From Bdellovibrionia bacterium (GTDB lineage Bacteria; Bdellovibrionota; UBA1018), in the NCBI GenBank assembly GCA_038329315.1, contig JBBQMV010000001.1, positions 1 through 33,659 of the forward strand: a DNA stretch of 33,659 bases. Direction: 5' to 3'. A program made the position numbers and the translations under genes. The notes below the pieces were generated by a model. The model did no database searches and had not been told where the DNA came from. It saw only the letters and a list, made by a program, of their open reading frames with translations. Positions 1 to 8,648 of the stretch are shown in pieces (the stretch's first letter is position 1; each line of letters starts with the position of its first letter).

Positions 1-367
1 CCAAAGCGAGGCGACCAGTCGGAGATATCTCCGTCGTGCTCGCCCCCAGCGGATTCGTCATCTGTTCCATCGTACGCAAAATTTCCGGGCAGTTCGCAGG
101 ATTAACCCTCTCGGGTTTCAAAGCGCCAAGTAGAATGTTGAGTTCGTAGAGCATCTGAACTTTAGGAAGTTCTTCTTCCGCGACGTCGTTTGGAATCTCA
201 CCGACTCGTTTCTTTACCTCGGCCATAAGGCCCCCAAGAAGTTCCAGCCGCTTCGAGCGCACTTTCTCAATCCGAATCCCATCGGCGAGCGCGGCCAGCT
301 CCGCCGGCACCGAGACCAGAGCGGACTGGGCAGAGGCGGTGAGGAGAAGAAGCGAAACGAGAATCAT
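1..367 (-). CDS. hypothetical secreted protein, partial (C-terminus lies beyond the window edge)
   Basis: My own translation of the minus strand from the ATG at 367-365 is open to position 1: MILVSLLLLTASAQSALVSVPAELAALADGIRIEKVRSKRLE... The N-terminus is hydrophobic and signal-like. The ATG overlaps the TGA of the upstream ORF (ATGA at 364-367), suggesting translational coupling. It is absent from the ORF track because it is open-ended. Confidence 0.45.
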   Translation of the reverse strand, partial: MILVSLLLLTASAQSALVSVPAELAALADGIRIEKVRSKRLELLGGLMAEVKKRVGEIPNDVAEEELPKVQMLYELNILLGALKPERVNPANCPEILRTMEQMTNPLGASTTEISPTGRLAL

Positions 368-792
368 AGAGTGAGCAGCTTCCGATAGATTTCGATAAAC
401 GCCTTCGCCGTCGAAATCTTTGCATGCGAAGCAGCTTCGAAAGTCGCGAGGGCGCGTACGGTTCCTACCGTTGGAATCGAAGTGAGCACTTCCGCAAACG
501 CGACGTCGTACTCGTTTCCAAGCTTCACCTTTAGCCGGCTCGCACCGCCGGTATCTTCGAACTGGATCATCTGAAGGGGCTGGGCGATCCCTTTCGTGAG
601 CGTGATCGAGGTGTGGAAGGGGTTATCTGGATGGGAGAAGTCTCCGAGGTCGAGCGGCTTACAAACGCCGACATCGGCGCTCGTACCCAGATGAGGGATA
701 AACTCTCCAAGCGCTGGATAAAAGCCCGCCAGATCCTCTGCGAAAGCGGGGAACGTCAAAAAAATGACGATTGTAAACAAGATCGGCTTCAT
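364..792 (-). CDS. hypothetical secreted protein (142 aa)
   Basis: Signal-peptide-like N-terminus MKPILFTIVIFLTFPAFA|EDL. It starts 32 bp downstream of ggt on the same strand and has a 4-nt ATGA overlap with the next ORF. I recognise no family. Confidence 0.6.
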   Translation of the reverse strand: MKPILFTIVIFLTFPAFAEDLAGFYPALGEFIPHLGTSADVGVCKPLDLGDFSHPDNPFHTSITLTKGIAQPLQMIQFEDTGGASRLKVKLGNEYDVAFAEVLTSIPTVGTVRALATFEAASHAKISTAKAFIEIYRKLLTL

Positions 793-824
793 GATTTTAC
801 GGATCGGCGAAATTTCACAGATTC

Positions 825-2582
825 TTAACGCGCGAGCGCTTTCCCGTGGTCACGAGGTTCGGAAACGCCGTGGAGGTCATCTCCTTCGCGCGTGACCGCC
901 ATGACCGCGCATCCGGCGGCCTTCTTCTCGAGTTTCCAGCCCTTCGCCGTCAGTTCGGCTTCTACCACCGGATCGAGACCGGGTGCTTCCACATTTAAAA
1001 CATCCGGTTTCCACTGCTCATGAATACGGATCGCGTTCACCGCATCGTAAAGCGGAAGGTGATAAACGAGCACATTCAAGATCGTCTGGGCAACGCAGGT
1101 AATAATTCGCGTTCCGCCTGGCGCCCCGAGGGCGAGCCGTGGCTCCCCGTTTTCGAGCACGATCGTCGGCGACATTGAACTGAGAGGAGTCTTACCCGGC
1201 TGAACCGAATTCGCTTTAGATCCGATCGCGCCAAAGAGATTACTCGCGCCGGGCTTCGCAGAAAAATCGTCCATCTCGTTATTCAAAAGTATCCCGGTAC
1301 CCGTCGCGACGAGTTTCGACCCGAACCATCCGTTAATCGTTTGGGTCGATACGACGACGTTCCCTTCTTTATCCATGATTGAAAAATGGGTAGTTTCGGT
1401 GTGCTCCGGGAGAAGTGGCATTTGATCACTGAGCTGAGCTGCGGGGGTAGCCTTCGCCGGATCGATCGTCGCGTGCAGTTTCTCTGCGTAAGCTTTCGAA
1501 GTGAGTGTCTTCACTGGCACGTGAACCCAACCCGGATCGCCCATATAGCGTGCCCGATCGACGTATGCTCGCTGCATCGCGGACGCGATCAGGTGGAGCG
1601 AAGCCGCGGACTGAAACCCGAGCGTCGCGAGCGGCTCCTTTTCGAGAATGTTCAAGATTTGGATCAAGTGCGTCCCGCCGCTACTCGGAGGAGGCATCGA
1701 AACGATTTCGTAATTCAAGAACTTTGAGCGGACCGGCTTTAACCACCGAACCCGGTAATTCCGGAGATCGTTCTCCGAAATCCAACCATCCGTCGAAGCC
1801 TGAATCGCTTTCGCAATCCGTCCCCGATAGAAAGCCTTCTCTCCACTTACGGCAATTTCGCGAAGTGAATGGCCGAGCGCCGTCTGAAGAATTTTTTCGC
1901 CTTCGAGGTAAGGCGTTCCGTCTGCTTTCAAATAAATGAGACGCGTATCGAGAAATTTATGAAGATTTTCTTTTTCGTCCTCGAGCGCGTTTGCAAGATA
2001 CGGATAGACGGTGACACCACCCTCGGCGAGTTCGATCGCGGGTTGGACGAGATCTTTCCATTTCGCATGCCCGAATCGGCGATGAATCGCCGCGAGGCCT
2101 TTCACGAGCCCGGGAACTCCCGCTGCATGAATCCCGGTGAGCGATTTATTCAGTATGACTTCGCCTTTTTCGTCGAGGAAAAGACTTTCTTTTGCTTTCG
2201 AGGGGGCGCGTTCGCGAAAATCGATCGCATAAATTCGTCCCGTTTTCGCTTGGCGATAGAGCATAAATCCGCCACCACCAATCCCGGTCGACTGGGGGCG
2301 TTCTACCCCAATCGCGAACGAAGCGGCGATCGCCGCGTCGATGATATTTCCGCCGGCGCTAAACACGCGGTCAACCGCGTCGGTCGCCGTGCGTCCCTGA
2401 GTCGAGACCACCCAGTTTTTTCCGGTCGCTTCCGTGATCCCACGCGTACCCGCATCCGCTTGGACCGCATAACGCGGAGCTAAGCCCGAACTTTCCGTTT
2501 TCGGTGCGCCACCCGCGCATCCGACAACGCTCGCGACGAGTACAGCAAAGGCGAACACGATACCTGACTTTTCATTCGACAT
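825..2582 (-). CDS. ggt: gamma-glutamyltransferase, probable lipoprotein
   Basis: Whole-length GGT-like sequence, with the autoprocessing/nucleophile region EHTETTHFSIMDKEGN and GAPGG..I motifs. I moved the start to the ATG at 2582 (MSNEKSGIVFAFAVLVASVVGC, a lipobox-like VVGC). The longer track ORF (to 2726) only adds a non-signal leader that overlaps the divergent gene. Confidence 0.9.
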   Translation of the reverse strand: MSNEKSGIVFAFAVLVASVVGCAGGAPKTESSGLAPRYAVQADAGTRGITEATGKNWVVSTQGRTATDAVDRVFSAGGNIIDAAIAASFAIGVERPQSTGIGGGGFMLYRQAKTGRIYAIDFRERAPSKAKESLFLDEKGEVILNKSLTGIHAAGVPGLVKGLAAIHRRFGHAKWKDLVQPAIELAEGGVTVYPYLANALEDEKENLHKFLDTRLIYLKADGTPYLEGEKILQTALGHSLREIAVSGEKAFYRGRIAKAIQASTDGWISENDLRNYRVRWLKPVRSKFLNYEIVSMPPPSSGGTHLIQILNILEKEPLATLGFQSAASLHLIASAMQRAYVDRARYMGDPGWVHVPVKTLTSKAYAEKLHATIDPAKATPAAQLSDQMPLLPEHTETTHFSIMDKEGNVVVSTQTINGWFGSKLVATGTGILLNNEMDDFSAKPGASNLFGAIGSKANSVQPGKTPLSSMSPTIVLENGEPRLALGAPGGTRIITCVAQTILNVLVYHLPLYDAVNAIRIHEQWKPDVLNVEAPGLDPVVEAELTAKGWKLEKKAAGCAVMAVTREGDDLHGVSEPRDHGKALAR

Positions 2583-2658
2583 CCGCTCATCGTGCCAAAT
2601 CGTGGGTTGGATTTCATCCGAAGATTCGATACTTCTGAACGTACGATCGGGGGGTCGT

Positions 2659-4359
2659 ATGGGCTGCATCACGCTACAGATCGCAGGAGTCGTCGCCATT
2701 ACTATCGCGTTCTCAATCGGAGCCACCGCTTACGCGGTCGAATCTCCGGATTGGAGCGAAGGTGCATCCATCACCGCACCGCGCTCGAATCCTTATGGAC
2801 TCGATGCGACGGACTTCCCCGTTTCACGCCGCGAAGGTTACCTTCACGCACTCGAATATCCCCTCGATATCTCGGGGGTCATGATTCCGTGGCGGCCTAC
2901 TGAAGAATTTTTAAATAACCATTCCTCGAATCCGATCCGTAAAATTATTCACGGCGCGTTCATGGGCCTCTCTAACATTAGAAGTACCGATGACCTCTTC
3001 GAGCGGGCTGGTCTCCATCCTTACCCGACGACCGATGCCGAGGGCGCCGACACGATTCCGCATCGAGGTCCGAGGGCGCCGACCGCACGCATGGGCGTAA
3101 CGGTGTTCGAGCGCCAGGGAGTCGAAGCGTTCACGCTCTCCTGCGCTGCCTGCCATAGCGCGAATCTCTTCGGAAAAAAGATTCTCGGGATGACGAACCG
3201 CTTTTCGCGAGCGAACGATTTCTTCGTACTTGGAAAAAAAGCGATCGGTCTCGTTGGCACTCCTCTTTTCGCCAACGTCCTCGGTGCGACCACGGGCGAA
3301 GCTGACCTCTATTCTCGTCTTCGCGCTCGATTAAAATCCGTGGGAACGAAAGAACCGGCTATCCTTGGTCTGGATACGTCTCTCGCCCAAATCGCGATAT
3401 CGCTCTCGCTTCGTTCGGACGACGAGTACGCCTCTTTTGATCCCCACCGTGAGAAATTCCCTAAAAAGGAACCCCTTAATGATTTCGTCGCCGATGGAAA
3501 ACCCGCGGTTTGGTGGAATACGAAGTATAAGAATCGGTGGCTCTCCGACGGTTCCATCGTTTCCGGAAATCCGATCTATACGAACATCCTCTGGAATGAA
3601 ATCGGCCGCGGTACCGATCTCCACGAACTCGAAGCCTGGTTCGCGGCGAATCCGAAGATCATCGAGGAACTGACGACCGCCGTCTTCTCGACGGAAGCGC
3701 CGCGAATCACTGACTTCTTCCCGGCCGAACGGATTTCGATCGAGCGCGCGAAACGCGGTGAAGTCGCGTTCAATAAAACATGCGCGGGATGCCACGGGAC
3801 CTACACGAAGGCCTGGTCCCGCACAGACGGCGATCTCCTTCCACTCGTCGAACGGTTAAAGACCGACACTGTTCACTACCCCGAGAAGACGAAGGTCGTG
3901 AATGTCGGCACCGATCCCCAGCGCGCCGCCGGAATGGCGTCCCTTGAAAAAGGTCTAAACCCGCTCGCGATCTCGAAACGCAATGGCATCGTGATCAAAC
4001 TCCAGAAGGGCTACGTCCCCCCTCCCCTCGTCGGAATCTGGGCGCGCTGGCCCTACTTCCACAATAACTCCGCGCCGAATCTCCAAGCGGTCCTCACTGC
4101 CGGTAAGGATCGGCCCGCGACTTATTATGCCGGCGAAGCGCTCGACCGCGAGAAGGACTACGACTCTGACCTCGGCGGCTATCCTGAAGGCGACCGCGTG
4201 CCGACCGCTTGGAAGACCGGCAGCGACTATCGCTACGACACTTCGAAGCCGGGCATGACAAACCGCGGACACGATGAAGGCGTTTTCCTGAAGAAAGGCA
4301 TCGAGATCTACACCGCCGATCAGAAGCGCGACATCATCGAGTTCTTAAAGACTCTCTGA
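2659..4359 (+). CDS. di-heme cytochrome c, peroxidase (CCP/MauG)-like, secreted
   Basis: Two CxxCH heme-binding motifs (LSCAACHS, KTCAGCHG). A CCP-like distal motif WPYFHNNSAPNLQAVL. Start chosen at the ATG at 2659 (MGCITLQIAGVVAITIAFSIGATAYA|VESP signal peptide, G-rich RBS-like run just upstream). The ATG at 2602 is an alternative. Confidence 0.75.
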   Translation: MGCITLQIAGVVAITIAFSIGATAYAVESPDWSEGASITAPRSNPYGLDATDFPVSRREGYLHALEYPLDISGVMIPWRPTEEFLNNHSSNPIRKIIHGAFMGLSNIRSTDDLFERAGLHPYPTTDAEGADTIPHRGPRAPTARMGVTVFERQGVEAFTLSCAACHSANLFGKKILGMTNRFSRANDFFVLGKKAIGLVGTPLFANVLGATTGEADLYSRLRARLKSVGTKEPAILGLDTSLAQIAISLSLRSDDEYASFDPHREKFPKKEPLNDFVADGKPAVWWNTKYKNRWLSDGSIVSGNPIYTNILWNEIGRGTDLHELEAWFAANPKIIEELTTAVFSTEAPRITDFFPAERISIERAKRGEVAFNKTCAGCHGTYTKAWSRTDGDLLPLVERLKTDTVHYPEKTKVVNVGTDPQRAAGMASLEKGLNPLAISKRNGIVIKLQKGYVPPPLVGIWARWPYFHNNSAPNLQAVLTAGKDRPATYYAGEALDREKDYDSDLGGYPEGDRVPTAWKTGSDYRYDTSKPGMTNRGHDEGVFLKKGIEIYTADQKRDIIEFLKTL

Positions 4360-4959
4360 GCGCGTATCCGAGAACCGCTTCCGGGTGACGCCGATCATTA
4401 CGACGACCGCAATCACCGCCAGCACGATCCACTGACCGCGCGCGAGCTTCCCACGGATGAGTTCGAGATTTCCGGCGACCGCTTTTACGGAATAGAGCAT
4501 GCCGGGAATGACAATGAGTGCGCCGGCGAAGTTATAGGCGAGGAATTTCCAATACCGGAGACCGAGCGTCCCCGAAGTAAACATGAAAACAGTACGGATC
4601 CCCGGCATGAAACGAGCGAGAAAAACGACGCGGTAGCCCTGGTTCCGGAAACTGATTTCCGTTCGCGCGATCCGTTCGGGCGTGAACGCTTTCCGAAAGG
4701 GCCAAACGCCGATCACGCGCTTTCCAAACTTCCGCCCGATCAGGAACATAATCGTATCGCCGAGGAGGATCGCGAAGATCGCGAGCGGAATGAGAATCGC
4801 GTACGCCGCGCTCCCTTGGTAGGCGAGATATCCAGCGGTGAGGAGAACGAAATCCGCCGAAATCGGCATGCATAACCCGGCGAACATCAGCGCTAATCCG
4901 TAAATCGGGTAGAACATCGGATTCGCGGCGCTGAGATACGCCTCAATCCAAGTAGGCAT
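4345..4959 (-). CDS. DedA family (VTT/SNARE-associated domain) inner membrane protein
   Basis: Multi-pass hydrophobic protein with the DedA-type core ...RFMPGIRTVFMFTSGTLGLRYWKFLAYNFAGA... ATG at 4959; the track starts one codon earlier at a GTG. Its 3' end overlaps the convergent cytochrome gene by 15 nt. Confidence 0.85.
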   Translation of the reverse strand: MPTWIEAYLSAANPMFYPIYGLALMFAGLCMPISADFVLLTAGYLAYQGSAAYAILIPLAIFAILLGDTIMFLIGRKFGKRVIGVWPFRKAFTPERIARTEISFRNQGYRVVFLARFMPGIRTVFMFTSGTLGLRYWKFLAYNFAGALIVIPGMLYSVKAVAGNLELIRGKLARGQWIVLAVIAVVVMIGVTRKRFSDTRSESL

Positions 4960-5743
4960 CACGGTCTATTTCCGTCACGGACTGGCGCTTGAAGCAAATC
5001 GCCTGCACGCGGATCTTCACACTCGTGTCCCATCCATCCATCTGCGGATCGATCAGTGAGGGATTCAACGGACAATAGGAGTACTTCGGGATAATTCGGT
5101 TGTCCTTTTTTTCTCCGAGAATTGCGAGAGCCACCGGTGCCGCTTGGATGACTTCGAGCCGCCCCATCTGGAACTCGATGCGGGCGATATCGAAGGCCGT
5201 CAGGAACGGGTAAGCGGAAGGCGGAAGATTTCGGTTCGTCACCTTACGAATATAGATCGCCAATACGCGCTCAGGAGCGGACCGGAAAAGCTCGTCATAA
5301 ACTTCGAAGTCACTCGCCGTATCGTCACCAACGAAAATGAAGACGTCGTTCGGATTCTCATCCATCAACTTATGAATGACTCGAGTCTTATACTTACGAA
5401 GGCCTCCGAAACCAAGAAACGGCCGGGTGTGAAGTTTTCCATCAGGAAATCCGGCATCGGAAAGAAATTTCGCGGCTAAGAATCGCACGACATCCGGAGC
5501 GCCAGTGACGTAATCGAAGGTGTACTTTCGATCGATCGCGAAGGACTGGTATAACTCGCGCATTCCTGCGAAAGCCCGTTTTCCGAACAGGCCATTTGCA
5601 ATGGCAGCGAGGGGATCTCCGACATCCGTAATCTTCGTCGTATCGTCAATGTCACTCACGACTCGAATTCCGGCGCTGGCCGAAGTAGTCATGACTGAAA
5701 GACCTAATGCGAGACTGAAGACCGATGAACGAAGTTTGCGCAT
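4943..5743 (-). CDS. App1-like (DUF2183) HAD-type phosphatase, possible phosphatidate phosphatase, secreted/periplasmic
   Basis: DxDxT motif in VSDIDDTTKITD and a later GDDTASDFEVY motif, typical of the App1/DUF2183 family. Start moved to the ATG at 5743 (MRKLRSSVFSLALGLSVMTTSASA signal peptide). The longer track ORF would overlap the protease gene. Confidence 0.7.
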   Translation of the reverse strand: MRKLRSSVFSLALGLSVMTTSASAGIRVVSDIDDTTKITDVGDPLAAIANGLFGKRAFAGMRELYQSFAIDRKYTFDYVTGAPDVVRFLAAKFLSDAGFPDGKLHTRPFLGFGGLRKYKTRVIHKLMDENPNDVFIFVGDDTASDFEVYDELFRSAPERVLAIYIRKVTNRNLPPSAYPFLTAFDIARIEFQMGRLEVIQAAPVALAILGEKKDNRIIPKYSYCPLNPSLIDPQMDGWDTSVKIRVQAICFKRQSVTEIDRDAYLD

Positions 5744-5796
5744 GCGCCCTAGAGCGTACGGAAACCCCCTCAAAACTGCACGTCGCGGCACGTTAC

Positions 5797-6636
5797 TTAA
5801 AACAGCCGCCCCAAGAGAGCAGAAGACTTCGAACGAAGCGTCTTCGAAGCCGAGTTCACGAACGGCGCTTGGGCCGAAATCCGCGTGTACACCGAGTAGT
5901 GAGCGCAATCATCGGGCGCACTATCCGGATTTCCGCGGTTAGTTACGCCCCAAAGAAGAAGCTGGCCGTTCGAAGCCCGGGCGAACGCGGGGCCGCCGGA
6001 GTCTCCGTGGCAGGCGCCCTTCTGATTACGTTGGTCGAGAAGAATTTCAGTTTTCGCGAACTTCCCATCCGCGACCTGAACGGTGACTTCACGGAGGATC
6101 CCTTCTCCGCTGCCGCCGCCCGCCATCGTATTCACGCCGTAACCGATCAGCACCGCAGAAGATCCGGTGGCGATACTCGACTTAGAAGAGAGCATCGTCG
6201 CCGGACGGTAACCCGATGGGAGACCACCGCGGAAATTGATGATCGCGATATCGTTTTGGTCGTTTCCACTCGCGCGAGGATTGTACTTCGTATTCTTCAA
6301 CACCCCAGTGGCCTTCACTACGATGCGATTCGAAGCCCGAATATCCTTACCGAAGATGATCGAGATGTTACTGGCAGTAACGGTACCGCCCGTATCCGAG
6401 GTCACGCAGTGAGCGGCGGTTACGATGATGTCGGTCGCGAGCAGCGAGCCGGTGCAAATGGCTTGGCCGCCGGTGACGTTAATCACCAGTGCGACTGTGC
6501 CGGCGCCGTCCAGGCTCGTCGACGATACGGTCGTCCCGCCAACAATATTGGTGGATTCGGTACCGGCGAACGCGAGCTGGGCGGAAAGACTGAGACCAAG
6601 TGCGGACAAAATGAGTACAGGCTTAGAAATGAACAT
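5797..6636 (-). CDS. secreted trypsin-like serine protease (peptidase S1)
   Basis: Signal peptide, then IVGGT..., the His motif TAAHCV, and the Ser motif GDSGGP. ATG at 6636 is preceded by GGAGG with a 6-nt spacer. The track starts two codons earlier at a TTG. Confidence 0.9.
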   Translation of the reverse strand: MFISKPVLILSALGLSLSAQLAFAGTESTNIVGGTTVSSTSLDGAGTVALVINVTGGQAICTGSLLATDIIVTAAHCVTSDTGGTVTASNISIIFGKDIRASNRIVVKATGVLKNTKYNPRASGNDQNDIAIINFRGGLPSGYRPATMLSSKSSIATGSSAVLIGYGVNTMAGGGSGEGILREVTVQVADGKFAKTEILLDQRNQKGACHGDSGGPAFARASNGQLLLWGVTNRGNPDSAPDDCAHYSVYTRISAQAPFVNSASKTLRSKSSALLGRLF

Positions 6637-7010
6637 AAACAACCTCCGTGTATAAGTTCCGGGGTGGCAGGACGATGATTCCGCGTGGGTATGCGAAACC
6701 GGGTATGGTTTTGTGGGAGTTTGTCGGGTGGGGAGGCGAGTGTTCGAAGAGCGGTTTCTAAGAACGCCTCCACCGACGGCAAGACAATGAGCAATCTCCG
6801 GGCCAGCGAAAAACGCATTTCTGGACGAATAAAATCGGGTACCCAGAAAACACCATCATTTCGGGCCTATTTCTCTAGATTCGTCGTAGATTAATTCATC
6901 ATCCGCGCGAAATCAGGGTACGCCGCTTTTCGGTTTGCGGACGATTTGGCTCCGATAAATCGCGAAAGGACCGCCGAAATACGGCGTTTTTCCTGACAAA
7001 ATCACTTCCT

Positions 7011-7685
7011 TTAGAAGTAAAAGCGACCACCGATTTGGTATCCGTCGGAGCGAGTCGGGTCGACGTGCGTGCGAAGGAGTCCGCCGTAAATCCGGAAAAA
7101 CTTGTAATCGATGAAGAGGTTCGCCTCGAACTCGCTCCCGCCCTTCCCGGCGCCAGCGGCATCCGAGGTTCCGTCCGAGTAGACGCGGTACTGGGTTTCG
7201 ATGCCGCCGAGGCGCATCAGATACAAGGTGAGACTTGCGCCATACACGGCGCTCCGGAAGATCTCCGGCTCGGACTGGGCCCGCATGCCGGCGAAAAGCG
7301 TGAGGTTCGTACCCTGCTGATAAAGCCCGAAAAGACGCAAATTAAAGAGCGCATTCCAGCGGCCAGGATCACTTTCGTTTTCGAACGTCAGCCCGAAGAT
7401 CTTCGCGAACGCACCGAATTGGAACCGGTGATCACGAGCGTCTTTCGGGGAGTCGAGAAACCGGTAATCTCCGCCGAGATAAAACTCGTAAGGCGTAGGA
7501 GTATGCATCGCAAGCCAGAGATCTCGTGTTCGCATCGTGTCGCGGCTCGCGATCCAATCGGACAGATTCCATCCCTTTTTCGTGGCGATTTTATCGTCCG
7601 CCTTTTTTACGACGAATGTGTACGACTCGTCCGCGCGGGCCGTCGAGATCGCGAAAAGCGCGATAAAAAGTAGTAGATATCGCAT
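7011..7685 (-). CDS. outer-membrane beta-barrel protein (small porin-like)
   Basis: Signal peptide MRYLLLFIALFAISTARA|DES. Alternating amphipathic strands rich in Y/G/F. C-terminal beta-signal ending in ...GGRFYF. It starts 3 nt after the stop of the GGDEF gene. Confidence 0.65.
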   Translation of the reverse strand: MRYLLLFIALFAISTARADESYTFVVKKADDKIATKKGWNLSDWIASRDTMRTRDLWLAMHTPTPYEFYLGGDYRFLDSPKDARDHRFQFGAFAKIFGLTFENESDPGRWNALFNLRLFGLYQQGTNLTLFAGMRAQSEPEIFRSAVYGASLTLYLMRLGGIETQYRVYSDGTSDAAGAGKGGSEFEANLFIDYKFFRIYGGLLRTHVDPTRSDGYQIGGRFYF

Positions 7686-7688
7686 GGA

Positions 7689-8648
7689 TTACCCCGTTTT
7701 TTTAAGGAGATAGGAGAACGCGACTTTTCCGCTCATGAACGTGGTTACGCGGTTTCGCCCCCCCTGCTTAGATTCATAGAGCGCTTTATCTGCCCGTTTT
7801 AAAGTTTCTTCCGGAGAAACTCCCGTCTCGTAAACGGAAACGCCCACACTCGTGGTGACTCTCCCTAATGGCTGATGTTCGCCGTGAGGAAAAACTTCAG
7901 TCTCGATTTCTTTGCGTGCCCGTTCTGCGAATTCACGACCCGCTTCGATCCCGGCTCCCGCGACAAGAACCACGAATTCTTCACCTCCGTACCGAGCCAC
8001 GAATTCCGCCCGTCCGGTCACGCGTTTCAGCGCCTTCGCTATTCTGCGAAGCGTCTCGTCGCCGGCTGGATGTCCGTTCCGATCATTGAAGTGTTTGAAG
8101 TGATCGATATCGAAAAACGCGATACAATAGGGCTGATTCTTTTTCTCCGCTCGCTCATGCTCGAGCGCGAGTCGTGCCCGGAATGCGCGAAAATTCGAAA
8201 GTCCCGTCATCTCGTCCGTCAGCGACTGTTGTTCGAGCTGGTTTCGCTTTGTTCGTTCTTTCGTCACGTCACGCGCGAGGACTTGGTAAACTTCGCAATA
8301 GTCCGCGAGCCAAACACGGGCAAAAGTAAATTCGAGGATCTTACCATCTGCGATTGTCCGCTCGAGCGGAGTGCCCGGAATTTCGAACCAGGTTTGGACC
8401 ATCTCTCTCTCCGCTTCCGGGAAAACTTCGAAAAAATTCATCCCTTCGGGCGAAGCGTTGGCTTCGAGCAGGCCGCGAAAAGTGGCGTTCGTCTCGAGCA
8501 TTTCATAATTCCGAACGTCGACGAAAACGATGCCGTCATGCGAACGTTCGAAAAGATCCGAGTAGTTCGCGAGTTGGGAAAATTTCCCGCCCACGACCCG
8601 TCCTTCTAGTTTTTCGCGCGCGAGCGCCAAGAGTTTCTTCTGAGCCAT
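7689..8648 (-). CDS. PAS-like sensor domain / GGDEF diguanylate cyclase
   Basis: C-terminal GGDEF domain (DEMTGLSNFRAF..., FFDIDHFKHFND, active site RYGGEEFVVLV, ADKALYESKQGGRN). The N-terminal ~130 aa are PAS-like. Confidence 0.9.
   Translation of the reverse strand: MAQKKLLALAREKLEGRVVGGKFSQLANYSDLFERSHDGIVFVDVRNYEMLETNATFRGLLEANASPEGMNFFEVFPEAEREMVQTWFEIPGTPLERTIADGKILEFTFARVWLADYCEVYQVLARDVTKERTKRNQLEQQSLTDEMTGLSNFRAFRARLALEHERAEKKNQPYCIAFFDIDHFKHFNDRNGHPAGDETLRRIAKALKRVTGRAEFVARYGGEEFVVLVAGAGIEAGREFAERARKEIETEVFPHGEHQPLGRVTTSVGVSVYETGVSPEETLKRADKALYESKQGGRNRVTTFMSGKVAFSYLLKKTG

Noticed and set aside
2583-2726. 48-codon N-terminal extension of the ggt ORF, overlapping the divergent cytochrome gene
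   Set aside because: The extension precedes a perfect lipoprotein signal peptide that starts at the ATG at 2582, and it has no signal or domain character.
5744-5908. 55-codon N-terminal extension of the App1-like ORF, overlapping the 3' end of the protease gene
   Set aside because: The internal ATG at 5743 gives a normal signal peptide. The extension would bury it and create a 112-nt same-strand overlap.
6643-7010. c-di-GMP (GEMM-I) riboswitch in front of the secreted protease, as reported for some Bdellovibrio hydrolase genes
   Set aside because: I found no ACGCAAAGC / GGCAAAC core or GNRA-tetraloop/receptor arrangement on either strand.
6685-7162. Track ORFs 6685-6894 (+), 6899-7162 (-) and 6483-6818 (-) in or near the protease/barrel spacer
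   Set aside because: The translations are Arg/Ser-rich and low-complexity, with no RBS and no motifs. Two of them overlap well-supported genes.
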